A program made the translations under genes and the position numbers. Under the pieces are notes generated by a model. It saw only the letters and a program-made list of their open reading frames with translations, did not search any database and was not told the DNA's origin. From a virus, in the IMG/VR virus record IMGVR_UViG_3300003465_000003, positions 1 through 64,000 of that record: DNA of 64,000 bases; one strand, given 5' to 3'. This document shows, one piece after another, positions 10,203-20,830 of this stretch (positions are counted from its first letter, which is position 1; every line of letters starts with the position of its first letter).

Positions 10203-10711
10203 TGCCTGATATTGTTGACGAGATTATACGACGAGAGGGCGGGGCAACGGAGACTAACGATCCGGATGACAGCGGTGGGCGTACCAAATATGGTATTAGT
10301 GAACGCGCACACCCAGAGGCTTGGGCAGACGGGGATGTTAGTTACGATGAGGCCAGAACGATATATGAGAAGGTCTATATCCTAGATGAAAAGTTTCATC
10401 TTATCCCAGATGAGAAGTTAAAACATCAAGTTATAGACTTTGGAGTTCCATCTGGACCAGATCGCGCTGCCCGTCTTCTACAACAGGTTTTAGGTGTTCC
10501 AGTTGATGGGTCTATAGGACCTAAGACATTGGAAGCCATAAAGAACTACCCCAGTGGGAAATTGTTTGGGATAGATGTTCCCGGTATCGTATTGCTAAAT
10601 TTAGCGTTCAGAGATGCTAGAGAAATTTACTACGCTGCTCTAGCCAAACGTAGACCCAAGGATCTTAAGTATTTGGTTGGTTGGCTCAGACGAGCACAGG
10701 AGTTCAAATAG
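10202..10711 (+). CDS. glycoside hydrolase family 108 lysozyme with PG-binding C-terminus
   Basis: REGG...NDPDDSGGRTKYGIS; LQQVLGVPVDGSIGPKTL; GWLRR. Confidence 0.92.
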   Translation: MPDIVDEIIRREGGATETNDPDDSGGRTKYGISERAHPEAWADGDVSYDEARTIYEKVYILDEKFHLIPDEKLKHQVIDFGVPSGPDRAARLLQQVLGVPVDGSIGPKTLEAIKNYPSGKLFGIDVPGIVLLNLAFRDAREIYYAALAKRRPKDLKYLVGWLRRAQEFK

Positions 10712-10719
10712 GATTTATT

Positions 10720-12429
10720 ATGGCAAACAGACGGCGTGGGCAAATTATGCAGGATTTCGCCAATGGCGGAGGTAATTCCGAGCAGAACGGTTATGGTCTA
10801 AACATGACGCAGGGTGGAGGCTCAGACGATTGGCGCTGGGATGATATCTGGAGCGGCGGCGGCGAGGACCAGAATGGGGGCACTAGTAATCGGCGTGGGT
10901 CCTATGATGGTAGCGGTATCACTGGTACCGCTGGTAGCAACCCGTGGGGAGGCGGCGGCGATGAGGGCATGACTGCTCCGCCCGAGGAACCTGGCTCTAA
11001 TCGCTCTGGTCAGCGTTCTATACGCTCCCGTGTGGGAGAGCCCATCGGTCAAGGGCGGTTATCTGATCCTAATCAGAAGTCCCCGAAGGACATCTTCTTG
11101 TCTGCCGCGCAGTATTATGATTATAACCCCCAAGAGGTTCTAGCTGCGATCCAAGCAGGAGAATTTGGTGAGGCTGGAAAGCAGTACTACACTGGTTGGA
11201 CAGCGGAAGGCGACAAACTCATCCCTCCAGCGGACAGGCGCGATGGCGTAAACGGTTGGGGAAACGAGTGGGGTGAGGCCGCTTACGCGGACCCTATTGA
11301 TGTCGTTGCCAATATGGGCGGAGAAAACCCAGATTGGTATTGGGGTGTGCAGGGCCGGTCATCTGCTAATCCTACAGGTGAAATGCGCAATGGCAACTTG
11401 CTAGGTAGCATGATTGGAAACGGCGGCTTAGCGCACACCAGGCAGCAGCAGGGTGTAGCAAATAATGCTGCAACTGAGACGACGACAAACGCTGGCAACG
11501 CTACAGATAACACCTATGCCAGTAATGCTGTAAATAGTCTTGCTAATGGGCAGAAATTGTACAGTACCCAGCAGAACCAAGCTAATGGACAGAACTTATA
11601 TAGCACTCAGCAGAACCAGGATAGCGTAGACAGCGCGCATGCTACTTCTGGAACATCTAGTTCTGGAGAAGTCGATCCGTTTGCTGCTATGGGCGGTGGT
11701 GTGAAACTTCCAGACGGTGGCTGGGTCCCGAAGGATCACCCCGCAGCGCAAGCATATCTGAATCAGAGCGGGTCAGGTTCTGGTAGCGGTTCAGGCAGTG
11801 GTTCAGGAACTGGAACAGGTAACATGAAGGATGACTTGTACCAGATGCTTCTAGAACGCGCAAAGCAAGGGACTAACGTGACTCGTGAGGATCAGAACGT
11901 TAGGGCTCAGGCCGATGCTTATAGCGCCCAGGAAGAGCGCGCGCGTAGGAATTACCTTGGCGATATGGCGGAACGTAATTCTCCGTATAGCACTGGATCT
12001 ATGGACCAAGCTGCTCGCATGACTGCGGAATCCATGGGACAACGTGTTGGTTCTATGGAATCGCAGTTGATCGGGCAGGAAATCCAGAATCGAAGGGCTG
12101 AAATCCAGCAAGCATTAGATAGTATGGGCAATCTGCTGACGGAAGATCAGCGTCAGGCTCTGATGAAAGAGCTTGCGGTTATGGACAATACCTTAAGACG
12201 TTATCAGATAGATACCCAAAACTCTCAGTTCGGGGCAGGGTTAAGTCAGGCTGATAGGCACTTCTGGGCCAATCTACATCAGCAGGACAAGTTCGGTGGT
12301 TGGGATAACGATTTCCGATGGGCGCAATTAGGCCAGAATAATAATCAGTGGCTTGACCAAATGGGCTTTAATGTTCAGCAGCAGCGTAACTTCTGGGATT
12401 GGCTACAGCGTGGCGGTGGGGGTCAGTAA
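10720..12429 (+). CDS. putative DNA ejection (internal virion) protein
   Basis: Gly/Asn/Gln-rich, with a C-terminal coiled coil; position after the tail genes. Confidence 0.55.
   Translation: MANRRRGQIMQDFANGGGNSEQNGYGLNMTQGGGSDDWRWDDIWSGGGEDQNGGTSNRRGSYDGSGITGTAGSNPWGGGGDEGMTAPPEEPGSNRSGQRSIRSRVGEPIGQGRLSDPNQKSPKDIFLSAAQYYDYNPQEVLAAIQAGEFGEAGKQYYTGWTAEGDKLIPPADRRDGVNGWGNEWGEAAYADPIDVVANMGGENPDWYWGVQGRSSANPTGEMRNGNLLGSMIGNGGLAHTRQQQGVANNAATETTTNAGNATDNTYASNAVNSLANGQKLYSTQQNQANGQNLYSTQQNQDSVDSAHATSGTSSSGEVDPFAAMGGGVKLPDGGWVPKDHPAAQAYLNQSGSGSGSGSGSGSGTGTGNMKDDLYQMLLERAKQGTNVTREDQNVRAQADAYSAQEERARRNYLGDMAERNSPYSTGSMDQAARMTAESMGQRVGSMESQLIGQEIQNRRAEIQQALDSMGNLLTEDQRQALMKELAVMDNTLRRYQIDTQNSQFGAGLSQADRHFWANLHQQDKFGGWDNDFRWAQLGQNNNQWLDQMGFNVQQQRNFWDWLQRGGGGQ
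11542..11619 (+). repeat. 39-bp tandem duplication (ANGQ[K/N]LYSTQQNQ x2)
   Basis: Two adjacent 13-codon copies that differ mostly at synonymous positions. Confidence 0.85.
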
Positions 12430-13331
12430 TGCGAAGACAAGCAAGGTTCCAGGATTTTGGTCCTGATCAAATAGCGCAGACATCTGATCCCTTTTATGGG
12501 GGAGGCTCTACCGGAACTCCGGAGGCCTCCTTACAATGGGCTCAGTCCGAGTTTGACGCCGGTAGACCCATCAATAATAAAGTTTACAATGTCAAGGATG
12601 GGAAGGTGTCTTTTACTAACGCTTTCAATCCCGGTATTACATGGAAGGATGCTGCACCGGCACTGATGGCTGCTGGCGGTTTGGGGATCGGGGCGCTAAT
12701 GGGAACTGGTATAGGGGCTGGAACAGCCGGTAGCGCAGCGGCTGGCGGCAGTGGAATAAACGCGGCGCCTTTAACCCCCATGACTAGGGATATCGCGGCT
12801 CCACTTATTGGAGCGAAAGCGCCTACAGTTGGTGGTGCCGCAGCAGGGGCTGCAAAAGGCGGCGGCTTCTTATCTAATCTTATGAAACCTAATAATTTAA
12901 TTGATATTGGTAAGGGGATTAGTTCCATAGGACAGTCACAGGCAAGCAATCGTGGTGTTGCACTTGACGCTCAGATGGAAGCGGATAAGATGCGCATGGC
13001 GCAGGATCAGCAGCGTCGTGACGACGAGGCCCATATCTGGAAGATGCTGCAGGCCGTTAATTACATCAAGGGCGGTGGAGCGCCGAAGTCTGGACCTGTA
13101 ATGAGTGCTTCTGGCAAGCCATTCACATCCTATGATTTTGGTCCTAGGGCAATTAATCAGGGCGACAAGGATATGGCGACTACGCTGGAAGCACAGTTGT
13201 TGAAACGGTTGCAGACAGTGCCACAGTTGCGGAATTACGACTCCAAGATGAAGCCAGGCAAGGTCGAGAAAGCAACCAACTGGCTAGGACCATTGCTGGG
13301 TATCGGCGGAATGTTGTTTGGTAAAAGGTAA
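12429..13331 (+). CDS. putative DNA ejection protein
   Basis: Gly/Ala-rich hydrophobic segments as in P22 gp7-like pilot proteins; TAATG coupling. Confidence 0.55.
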   Translation: MRRQARFQDFGPDQIAQTSDPFYGGGSTGTPEASLQWAQSEFDAGRPINNKVYNVKDGKVSFTNAFNPGITWKDAAPALMAAGGLGIGALMGTGIGAGTAGSAAAGGSGINAAPLTPMTRDIAAPLIGAKAPTVGGAAAGAAKGGGFLSNLMKPNNLIDIGKGISSIGQSQASNRGVALDAQMEADKMRMAQDQQRRDDEAHIWKMLQAVNYIKGGGAPKSGPVMSASGKPFTSYDFGPRAINQGDKDMATTLEAQLLKRLQTVPQLRNYDSKMKPGKVEKATNWLGPLLGIGGMLFGKR

Positions 13332-13336
13332 ATAAG

Positions 13337-14572
13337 ATGCCAAGATTTGATTTCCAGTCACCGGGGGCCGCGTTCGTAGATACGTTGACACGTGTGCTTG
13401 CTGAGCGCAAGGCTGAGGAGCGGCAGCAGATGCTGGACCGGCTTACACAGGCGGCAGAAGAGCGAGCTAACCGTGAGTCGCTGGACCGTAAGGCGTACCA
13501 GGACGCGCAGGTCAAGAATATGCAGCATAACCAGACGTTGGCCGACGCGGCTGAATCCCGAGCGAAAGAACAGCACGGTATGTCGATGGACGCCAACAGA
13601 CTAGCGTTTCTTGAGCGTGGTATGGAACCAGATACACCATTCTTTGGCGTGGAGAAGTCGCCAGAGGACTTAGCGTTATTGCAACGCGCAGGGGTTCTGA
13701 AAGCTATGCCCCCTCCACCAGACGCGCCAAATGTGGATAACACCCTTCCGGGGACCAGGATTTCTGCGCAACCGACCAGTTATCAGTATATTGGTTCTCC
13801 AGAGCATAGAGCAAAAACGCGGGAAAGAAATGAGCGCGGAGCCGCTATTGCAAAACTATTGCAGAACCCTGAGGTTGCAGGCTCAATTGGTAGTGGGCCG
13901 GGAGCAATGCTATCTAGTATCGTAGAATCTGGTGGTGATCCAACATCCGCCATGACTCAGTTGATCCCGCATACAATGCCGGGTCAAGAGGCTATGGTGT
14001 TTGATGAAGCCTCTGGCAAGTTTAATAAGGGGCCGATGGTTAAGCCGGGTCAAACGATTATACAGCGTAGCAGACCGCCACAGCAGCCAGCAAGCGCTAC
14101 TAGAAATGACTTAATTGGGTGGAACAACGAGGGCAATCCAATGTTCCAGCGCCCAGACAATAGTATCTATACAGATACCTCTGTCAAGGGTGGAAACCGG
14201 GATATGACTGATGATCCAATAAGGATCCCTGAGCAGACAAAGACTGCGCATCGCAGACTATTCGCAATGGTTCAACCACGCGAAACAGGTATGTGGGGCT
14301 TCCGTAGAATGTCTCCACCTGAACAGACCGATATAGATATGTTTAAGCAGGCTGCTATCACCTTAATTGAGAGCGCAGACCGCGTGCCCAGTAAAGTAAG
14401 ACAGGCTGCCATCGACTTTGTGCAAACAGGTGACTTATCAAGAGCATCTAACTGGATGGCGCAGCAAAGGTTCACTGATAACGAGGTTGCATTAACCAAC
14501 CGTTTAATCAATATCGCATTGCCTCCGGATTGGGAGACTATACTCAATCCACCTAAGCAGGACAATAAGTAA
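13337..14572 (+). CDS. putative DNA ejection protein
   Basis: Charged coiled-coil N-terminus; syntenic position. Confidence 0.5.
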   Translation: MPRFDFQSPGAAFVDTLTRVLAERKAEERQQMLDRLTQAAEERANRESLDRKAYQDAQVKNMQHNQTLADAAESRAKEQHGMSMDANRLAFLERGMEPDTPFFGVEKSPEDLALLQRAGVLKAMPPPPDAPNVDNTLPGTRISAQPTSYQYIGSPEHRAKTRERNERGAAIAKLLQNPEVAGSIGSGPGAMLSSIVESGGDPTSAMTQLIPHTMPGQEAMVFDEASGKFNKGPMVKPGQTIIQRSRPPQQPASATRNDLIGWNNEGNPMFQRPDNSIYTDTSVKGGNRDMTDDPIRIPEQTKTAHRRLFAMVQPRETGMWGFRRMSPPEQTDIDMFKQAAITLIESADRVPSKVRQAAIDFVQTGDLSRASNWMAQQRFTDNEVALTNRLINIALPPDWETILNPPKQDNK

Positions 14573-17500
14573 TGCCACAGGATAGCAAAAGCAGAGCAGA
14601 AGAAATAGAGCGGATGTTGCGTGCAAGCAGGGGTTCTACAAGTATCAGGACTTCTGTTCCAATACAAGACGAGGACGAAGAGACGCAGCCAGAACGTCGT
14701 TATAGGGGCGCTTTGGGTCGTGGCGGAGCTCTAGTTACTAGGATACTTGGTGGTATCGCTAGTGGTGTTGTTGGTGCTGTGCCGTCTATGGTAACAACCC
14801 CATCAGCTATGGGTATCGGAGCGTTTACCGAGGGCTTGGCGCAGAAGATGGAGTCACCGGACCCAATTGATAAGGGTAGGGTCGCACTAGAGTCTGGATT
14901 AGCCGCGATACCACTGGGCAAGGTTTACAAGTTGGGTAAGCCAATAATCACTAATATGCTGCGCGGTGCCGCAGTCGCTGAGGGTGGGCACATGGCACGG
15001 CGTATGTATGATACTGGCGATCCGCTGCCGGATAACGCGGATGACGCTAAGTGGGATGCGATCAATATTGGTTTGGGTGCATTAGGCGGAGCTATGGGTC
15101 ATAGGACCTTAAAGAATAAGCTGGATACGCCTCCGGCCCCAAAACCGCAGCGTGCGACTGTAGGCCCAGATGGTGTTAGACGTATTACGGCTACGCCACA
15201 GGAAACTGCCCGTAGTACTGCGCGCGTGTCACCTGATGACAATGTAGACCCAGCATTTATGGAGTCTGCAGCTAAGTCGGTATTGACCCCTGTTGGGAAA
15301 CGGCTGATTGACGCCGATAAGGCTAGAATCGCGCGTGAGGCGGAGCTGCGTACTGAGGTTATCAAACCGCCAGTGCTTAATCCGAAGGGCGAACCTGGGA
15401 AAGTTCTGCAGGTTACCGGTGGGCAGCGTGGAGCGCATGTTGGTGGCAAGGCTAATGATATAGATGGCGATTATCTTGATACAATACTGTATCGCCGTAC
15501 TCGGGATACTGGTGAAACGACAGAAGCAACTGAGACAGCGTTACGCAACTTAGAGACAGCAGGCACTACCGGTAAGCGCTCTTCTTATCGAGGATTGCGC
15601 CTGCGCACGTCTCAGCAAGCCGCCGAACAAAACTCCAAGAACCTCAATGCTGGGGATGATTTTGTAGAGAAAGCCATTAAGGATCGTGCAGCGGAACGCG
15701 CGCAGGAAAAAGCCGCTTCAGAGATACAAGAAGCGAAAAAGGGCCTGGAGCCTAACCCACCGTCTGTTACTGAGACGGTTAAGGAAACTACGCCTACAGG
15801 TGCTAATGTTCTCCGTAAGACGTTTACAGCCAAAGCTGATGATGCTGCGGATGAGGGCGGCAAAGGTGCGGGCAAAGGACCAAAGGATTTGGAACCAACT
15901 GCGCCAGCAGATGCTCCGATCAAGCCGCTAGATCCGAAAATCGCAGTGACAATGGGCTTTACCACACGCGAGAAGGCACTTGAGCACATTGCTATGACTG
16001 GCAGACGTGGTTATCCAGCAAGCACAGGTTCCGGTAGATACAAGTGGCGTATCGTTTTAGAGAATGTTGCGGAAGAGACGCCAACACCAAAACCTGTTAC
16101 ACCAGAAACCCCAGCAGCGCCAAAGACTCCAGAAGCAGCGCCAAAAGCTGGAGAGCCAACCCCCACGCCTAAGGCTCCGCCTGTTCCCGAGCAGCCTACG
16201 GCAGCAGCAGAGAATGTGTTCCCAACATGGATCAAGGCTCGTCATTACGCTAAGAAAACTGGTGGTACTGTTGTAAAGACCAAGGACGGTAAGTTCAAGG
16301 TTAACCCACCAGATGACACGACTCCGGGCGGGAGCGGTGGAACTCCGCCTCCAGCGGGTCCTGCACCGGCTCCTGTAAGACCAAAGCGTGGGCCTAAGGG
16401 TCCAGCGGGTGGGGCGCAGGCAAGCGCGGTTCCGCCAGCGGTAGTTGGAGCGCGTAGCACAGGAAACAGTTCTGTTGATGCTAGATTGAGGCGTCAGGCA
16501 GCAAGGGCGGCGGCGAAGCCTGTTCCGGCTCCTGTCGCACCAGAAGCACCCGCTCCGATTCCAGCAGCGCCTGTTCGTAAGACTCCTGTTGATATGAAGA
16601 AGCGGGAGATTGATGCAGTTACGCGAGAAGAGGTTAAGAACTGGACACCGGAAGAGCTGCAGAGCGCGCTGGCCAAGTGGCCTAATGATAAGCGTCTTAC
16701 AACAATCATTAATGATGAATTGAAGTTTAGGCAGGGCGCTGCTGGAAACGCGAAGCCCGCAGAAGCGCCACAACCTCCAAAAGTTGGTTCAGTTGGGGAA
16801 ACTCCTAATGATTGGGCAGCTAAGCACCCAGTTGGGTCTACGATTCACGCGTATGGTAGTGAGGGCACGGTCTTAACTCATGGGCCATCTGGTGTTAGGG
16901 TAAAGTTTACCAAGGGTCGGATGGCCAAGGAGCAAGGGGCTAACGGATACTTTGATGTTGACCCCAACCATATAAATACGACCATTGTTCCACCAGCAAA
17001 ACCCGCTGCGGTAAAAGCGGGTGATACTGCGGCTCCCGCTGTAACCGAAAAGCGATCTGATGCTTATGCGGCTTTGCAACGCACTGGAACTGCGCGCAGT
17101 GACGAGACCAATACTACAGTTAAATTGTTGCGGGATGCACCAGATGCGCCATATAAGATCGAAGTTGTAAGAGCTGGTAACCGCGTGGTTATAGGCACTC
17201 AGACAAAAGATCAGGACGACGCTATCGGATTCGCCATAAATGAATTGTTTAGATTTCCTGACAAGACAAGTCCTGTTCTAAAGGCTGCGCCAGTTTCTAA
17301 ATCTAAAACACCGGAAGCTCCAACAACTGCGCAAGTTGTGGAGAAGGCACATGGTAAGGAAGTCATTGTAGACCTTGCTGGCGTAAAGACGCCTAAGGAC
17401 GTAGTAGGCCGAATTTTAGACGTTCTGCGTAAATACAAGGATGAAGTAGATGAGGCCGGTCCCGCTTACCAGATGGTTGAAGGCGGGAAGAGGGTAGACC

Positions 17501-20040
17501 CGCGTGCGGCACTTAAGCCTATTGCCATCAAGATAGGTGCGTCACCCAATAGTCCAACCTATACTATTAAACCAGAACAGGTTGATAAGGCAATTGCGCA
17601 GTTCAGTTCCAAGGAAGCTGAGAGCGCATTTAGGAGTCTAGTCGGAAAGGCCCCCACCAAACCCAACACAATTCCAGAAGAAACCAATTGGGGACCAGCA
17701 AAGAAGCCAACCATTATGCGTCAGGGTGACGCAGATAATCTTCGTATGTCTCCGGATATTGTGGAGCATGATAAGCTGGTTGGGCCTAAGGCAGTTGGCG
17801 AAGAGTTTACGCCTAAGGGTGTAACAGTTCGTTACGCAGAGACTGCGGATGCGTTGCCGGCAAGCGCTAAACACGGTATTATGCGGACGGATAAGGACGG
17901 CAATACTACGCTGTTCGTATCCGACGACCCAAACAAGCTGACTCCATTTATTAGCAAGTGGAAAAAAGAGATACGGGCTTCTGAAGGCAAGTATGCTGCA
18001 AAACGTGGTGTAAAGGAAGGGGTATTGCCAGAGGGCGAAACCTCTTGGGCCAGCTACATGGCTAAGAGCAAGTTTGATGCATCTAAGGCAAAGTTTGGTG
18101 TTGTAGGTGAAGAGTCCTTCAAGCCGTTGCCGAAGGAAGTTGACTTTGGTCCTAACACTGTAGGCGCTGCGCAGAAGAAGGGTGCTAAAACATTACAGGA
18201 TAAGGTTAAGTCTAGCCCGGTCCTTGGCAGGTTCGCGCAAGAAGCTCCAGCGCAAGCTACAGCAGTTCCGGAGCGAACATTAAGTGAAGCAATTCAGGCT
18301 GAAGTAGATGCAGCCACACGCTACGGGTCCCTTAAGGACGCATTAGCTGAAGGTAAGGCAACTAAGGAAGAACTAAAGGCCGCCGGAGCAGAGCTTGGGC
18401 GAGTCCGCGCAGAAGTCGCCAAGAAAGCAATAGCATTGCTAGACTCTGGCCAAGTAACAGAAGGTCAAGTTAAGCAGGCTCTTGATCGATTAGCAAACAT
18501 TACCAAGCGCCCATTGAAGCAGGACCCAGATAGTTCTGATGTTATTTCCAAACTTCCACCAGAAGAGCAGGGAAAGCGACTAGCAGATATCGTTAGCCGC
18601 TACAAGGCCGGGAAGCAGACAGGTGCGGCTGTAAACGAATTGCTTATGCAGTCTGGTTTAGCTGTTGCTGGTGCTGTGACTGGTGCCGCAGCTACGCCGG
18701 AAGACCCACTTACGGGTGCATTGCTTGGCGGTATCGGGGCGTGGAGTGCCCCAACAGCATTCCGAGCATTAATCAATCATCTTAGTGATAATCCAAATCT
18801 ACCTCCAGCAGTAAGGCAGAGGTCTGCTGCTCGTGTGTCAGAGCAAATGCGTAATGCTACCAAGGACCTTAGCATTTATATGTTGCCGGATCTGTATAGG
18901 GCATCGCTGCTGACTGGTATGCCTAGCTTACCTATTAACGCATGGATAGGTCCGTATGGAGCAGCAGTTATGGCCGCTATCGAGCATGGTTTGGCTGGAG
19001 ACCCACGTGGTTGGCGCGCACTACGTTCATTAACTCCAGCTAATTTTAGTCGTGAGTTCCGCACATCGTGGAGTGAGGCAAAACACCTACTGCTAAACGC
19101 TAATGAACGTACTGAGGGGGTTATGGGGAAAACAGGCCCATTGTGGTTCCGGCAGGCAACAGCATTTCCAGCAACAGTTTTGACACAGGGGGACGTTGCG
19201 GCTAGGCGATTGCTTGTGCAGGCTGGATTCTCGGAACCAGAGGCTAGGGCCATTACTCTTACCAGTGAGCCATTGTCTAGATTTGCAGCCGCAATTGGTA
19301 ACTTTAGACGAACTAGGCAATACGGGCAACCATCAGTCTTAGCAAGCATGCTACTGCCGTTCTACAAGACAAATGCTAACCAGCTTGAGCAGGGGTTGAT
19401 GCGTATACCGTTAGTAGGGCCCCTATTCAGAAAACACTGGCATCAAATGCCGCTGCCTACACGCCATGTAGCAGTGCAGCAATTAATGAGTGGTAGCTCA
19501 GCGGGCGTGGCTACAGTATTTGGGTATTTTAGCGGCCAGCAGAATGAATATAACCCATGGGTAGATAGGCAGTTCCTAAAGATTACCAACAACTTTGGTG
19601 GCCAGTACGGGGCAACTATGGCACTTGGTTACGTCTTTGGTAGGGCCATGGCACAGGGTAAGAATCCTGTTGGAGCTACCGTGCAGCACGCTATACGAAA
19701 TGACTTGGCTATCCCGAGCACTGACGTATTTATGCAAGCATGGCGAACTGTTAATGAGTTAAGCGAAGGTAATTACGAAAAACTTAATCCACTTCATCCA
19801 GACACTATAGCGCCTTCTGGGTTGCCGATACCTCCAGTGGCCCGTGATATAGGTAATATTTATGACGCGACAACAACTGGTGTTACCGACCGCAGATTAA
19901 GGGGCCTCAGTCCCGGTCAACGGCGGGTAAAGTTAATGGAGTTAGAGGAAAAGAAGGTGCAGGACAGAATTAACCAGCGGATTAATGAGCAGGATAAACG
20001 GCTCAAGAAACGATTGAGAGAGCTGGGTATAGAAGAGTAA
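14572..20040 (+). CDS. large internal virion / ejection protein (1822 aa)
   Basis: Largest ORF; Gly/Ala hydrophobic helices at both ends and a long Pro/Ala/Lys-rich centre; last gene of the ejection block. Confidence 0.6.
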   Translation: MPQDSKSRAEEIERMLRASRGSTSIRTSVPIQDEDEETQPERRYRGALGRGGALVTRILGGIASGVVGAVPSMVTTPSAMGIGAFTEGLAQKMESPDPIDKGRVALESGLAAIPLGKVYKLGKPIITNMLRGAAVAEGGHMARRMYDTGDPLPDNADDAKWDAINIGLGALGGAMGHRTLKNKLDTPPAPKPQRATVGPDGVRRITATPQETARSTARVSPDDNVDPAFMESAAKSVLTPVGKRLIDADKARIAREAELRTEVIKPPVLNPKGEPGKVLQVTGGQRGAHVGGKANDIDGDYLDTILYRRTRDTGETTEATETALRNLETAGTTGKRSSYRGLRLRTSQQAAEQNSKNLNAGDDFVEKAIKDRAAERAQEKAASEIQEAKKGLEPNPPSVTETVKETTPTGANVLRKTFTAKADDAADEGGKGAGKGPKDLEPTAPADAPIKPLDPKIAVTMGFTTREKALEHIAMTGRRGYPASTGSGRYKWRIVLENVAEETPTPKPVTPETPAAPKTPEAAPKAGEPTPTPKAPPVPEQPTAAAENVFPTWIKARHYAKKTGGTVVKTKDGKFKVNPPDDTTPGGSGGTPPPAGPAPAPVRPKRGPKGPAGGAQASAVPPAVVGARSTGNSSVDARLRRQAARAAAKPVPAPVAPEAPAPIPAAPVRKTPVDMKKREIDAVTREEVKNWTPEELQSALAKWPNDKRLTTIINDELKFRQGAAGNAKPAEAPQPPKVGSVGETPNDWAAKHPVGSTIHAYGSEGTVLTHGPSGVRVKFTKGRMAKEQGANGYFDVDPNHINTTIVPPAKPAAVKAGDTAAPAVTEKRSDAYAALQRTGTARSDETNTTVKLLRDAPDAPYKIEVVRAGNRVVIGTQTKDQDDAIGFAINELFRFPDKTSPVLKAAPVSKSKTPEAPTTAQVVEKAHGKEVIVDLAGVKTPKDVVGRILDVLRKYKDEVDEAGPAYQMVEGGKRVDPRAALKPIAIKIGASPNSPTYTIKPEQVDKAIAQFSSKEAESAFRSLVGKAPTKPNTIPEETNWGPAKKPTIMRQGDADNLRMSPDIVEHDKLVGPKAVGEEFTPKGVTVRYAETADALPASAKHGIMRTDKDGNTTLFVSDDPNKLTPFISKWKKEIRASEGKYAAKRGVKEGVLPEGETSWASYMAKSKFDASKAKFGVVGEESFKPLPKEVDFGPNTVGAAQKKGAKTLQDKVKSSPVLGRFAQEAPAQATAVPERTLSEAIQAEVDAATRYGSLKDALAEGKATKEELKAAGAELGRVRAEVAKKAIALLDSGQVTEGQVKQALDRLANITKRPLKQDPDSSDVISKLPPEEQGKRLADIVSRYKAGKQTGAAVNELLMQSGLAVAGAVTGAAATPEDPLTGALLGGIGAWSAPTAFRALINHLSDNPNLPPAVRQRSAARVSEQMRNATKDLSIYMLPDLYRASLLTGMPSLPINAWIGPYGAAVMAAIEHGLAGDPRGWRALRSLTPANFSREFRTSWSEAKHLLLNANERTEGVMGKTGPLWFRQATAFPATVLTQGDVAARRLLVQAGFSEPEARAITLTSEPLSRFAAAIGNFRRTRQYGQPSVLASMLLPFYKTNANQLEQGLMRIPLVGPLFRKHWHQMPLPTRHVAVQQLMSGSSAGVATVFGYFSGQQNEYNPWVDRQFLKITNNFGGQYGATMALGYVFGRAMAQGKNPVGATVQHAIRNDLAIPSTDVFMQAWRTVNELSEGNYEKLNPLHPDTIAPSGLPIPPVARDIGNIYDATTTGVTDRRLRGLSPGQRRVKLMELEEKKVQDRINQRINEQDKRLKKRLRELGIEE

Positions 20041-20120
20041 AGAGGTAGCAAGAAAATACGCTCCTAGGTCATTGTAGCGGCTCTGGAGCGCCTTTTAATG
20101 CGCGTTTCGGAGTCACTATC

Positions 20121-20315
20121 ATGTTAGAGGGAATTGTGGGAGTTCTTGGAACAGGGTTATTGGCAGTTGTTGGATGGGCATTCAATCTTCAGAGCCGTGT
20201 GGCGGTTATGGAGGCCAATTATGCTAGCCTTGAGAAGTTATTGGAAGCTAAGTTAGACCCTATAAACCAGCGCTTAGAGCGTATTGAACGATATTTGAAT
20301 GGACATTTAGGCTAA
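20121..20315 (+). CDS. holin-like small membrane protein
   Basis: One N-terminal TM helix followed by a coiled coil (RVAVME...RLERIE). Confidence 0.5.
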   Translation: MLEGIVGVLGTGLLAVVGWAFNLQSRVAVMEANYASLEKLLEAKLDPINQRLERIERYLNGHLG

Positions 20316-20328
20316 ATTGTGTTACAAT
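20300..20328 (+). promoter_or_regulatory. sigma70-type promoter
   Basis: TGGACA-17 nt-TACAAT with extended -10 TG; AAGGAG RBS before the ATG at 20373. Confidence 0.6.
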
Positions 20329-20372
20329 AGTCTATTTATTGTGCGCAATACAACTTAGCTAAGGAGAATTAC

Positions 20373-20828
20373 ATGGCACTGCGACTAGGTGGAAGTAAGG
20401 GGAAAGAGAAGGATAAGGAGCCAAAGGAGAAGGCAGAGAAGAAAGAGGCTCCAGCGAAGGAACCAGCTATGGAAATGTCTATGGACGCCCCTATGCCAAT
20501 GATGGAGGGCGCTCCAGAAGATATGCCTATGGATCAAGGCATGGGCATGGAGATGGCCCCTCCGATGGGTGTCGTTGACCCCATGATTGCTGGTTATAAA
20601 GGTCCTGAAATGGGACCGTTTATGTGCGCCAACTGTCAGTTTTATGCTCCAAATGATGAACCTGGAACATGCCAGATAGTTGCAGGGCAGATTGACGAGC
20701 AGGGGTTATGCAATATGTTTAGTCCCATGCAAATGCCAGCCGAAGAGATGCCCATGGGTGAAGAGCCCATGCCAGAGGAAGCGCCATTACCAGCCGAGGA
20801 ACCGCCAGTAGAAGCCCCAGGAGTTTAA
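20373..20828 (+). CDS. Met/Pro-rich protein with HiPIP-like four-Cys domain
   Basis: CANCQFY...GTCQIVAGQIDEQGLCNMF. Confidence 0.6.
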   Translation: MALRLGGSKGKEKDKEPKEKAEKKEAPAKEPAMEMSMDAPMPMMEGAPEDMPMDQGMGMEMAPPMGVVDPMIAGYKGPEMGPFMCANCQFYAPNDEPGTCQIVAGQIDEQGLCNMFSPMQMPAEEMPMGEEPMPEEAPLPAEEPPVEAPGV

Positions 20829-20830
20829 CG

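Noticed and set aside
11764-11820. GS/GT repeat as a DNA repeat element
   Set aside because: It is a low-complexity protein linker with varied codons.
14700-19349. Long antisense ORFs inside the 1822-aa gene, and similar shadow ORFs elsewhere
   Set aside because: They are expected by-products of codon bias and show no RBS or protein motifs.
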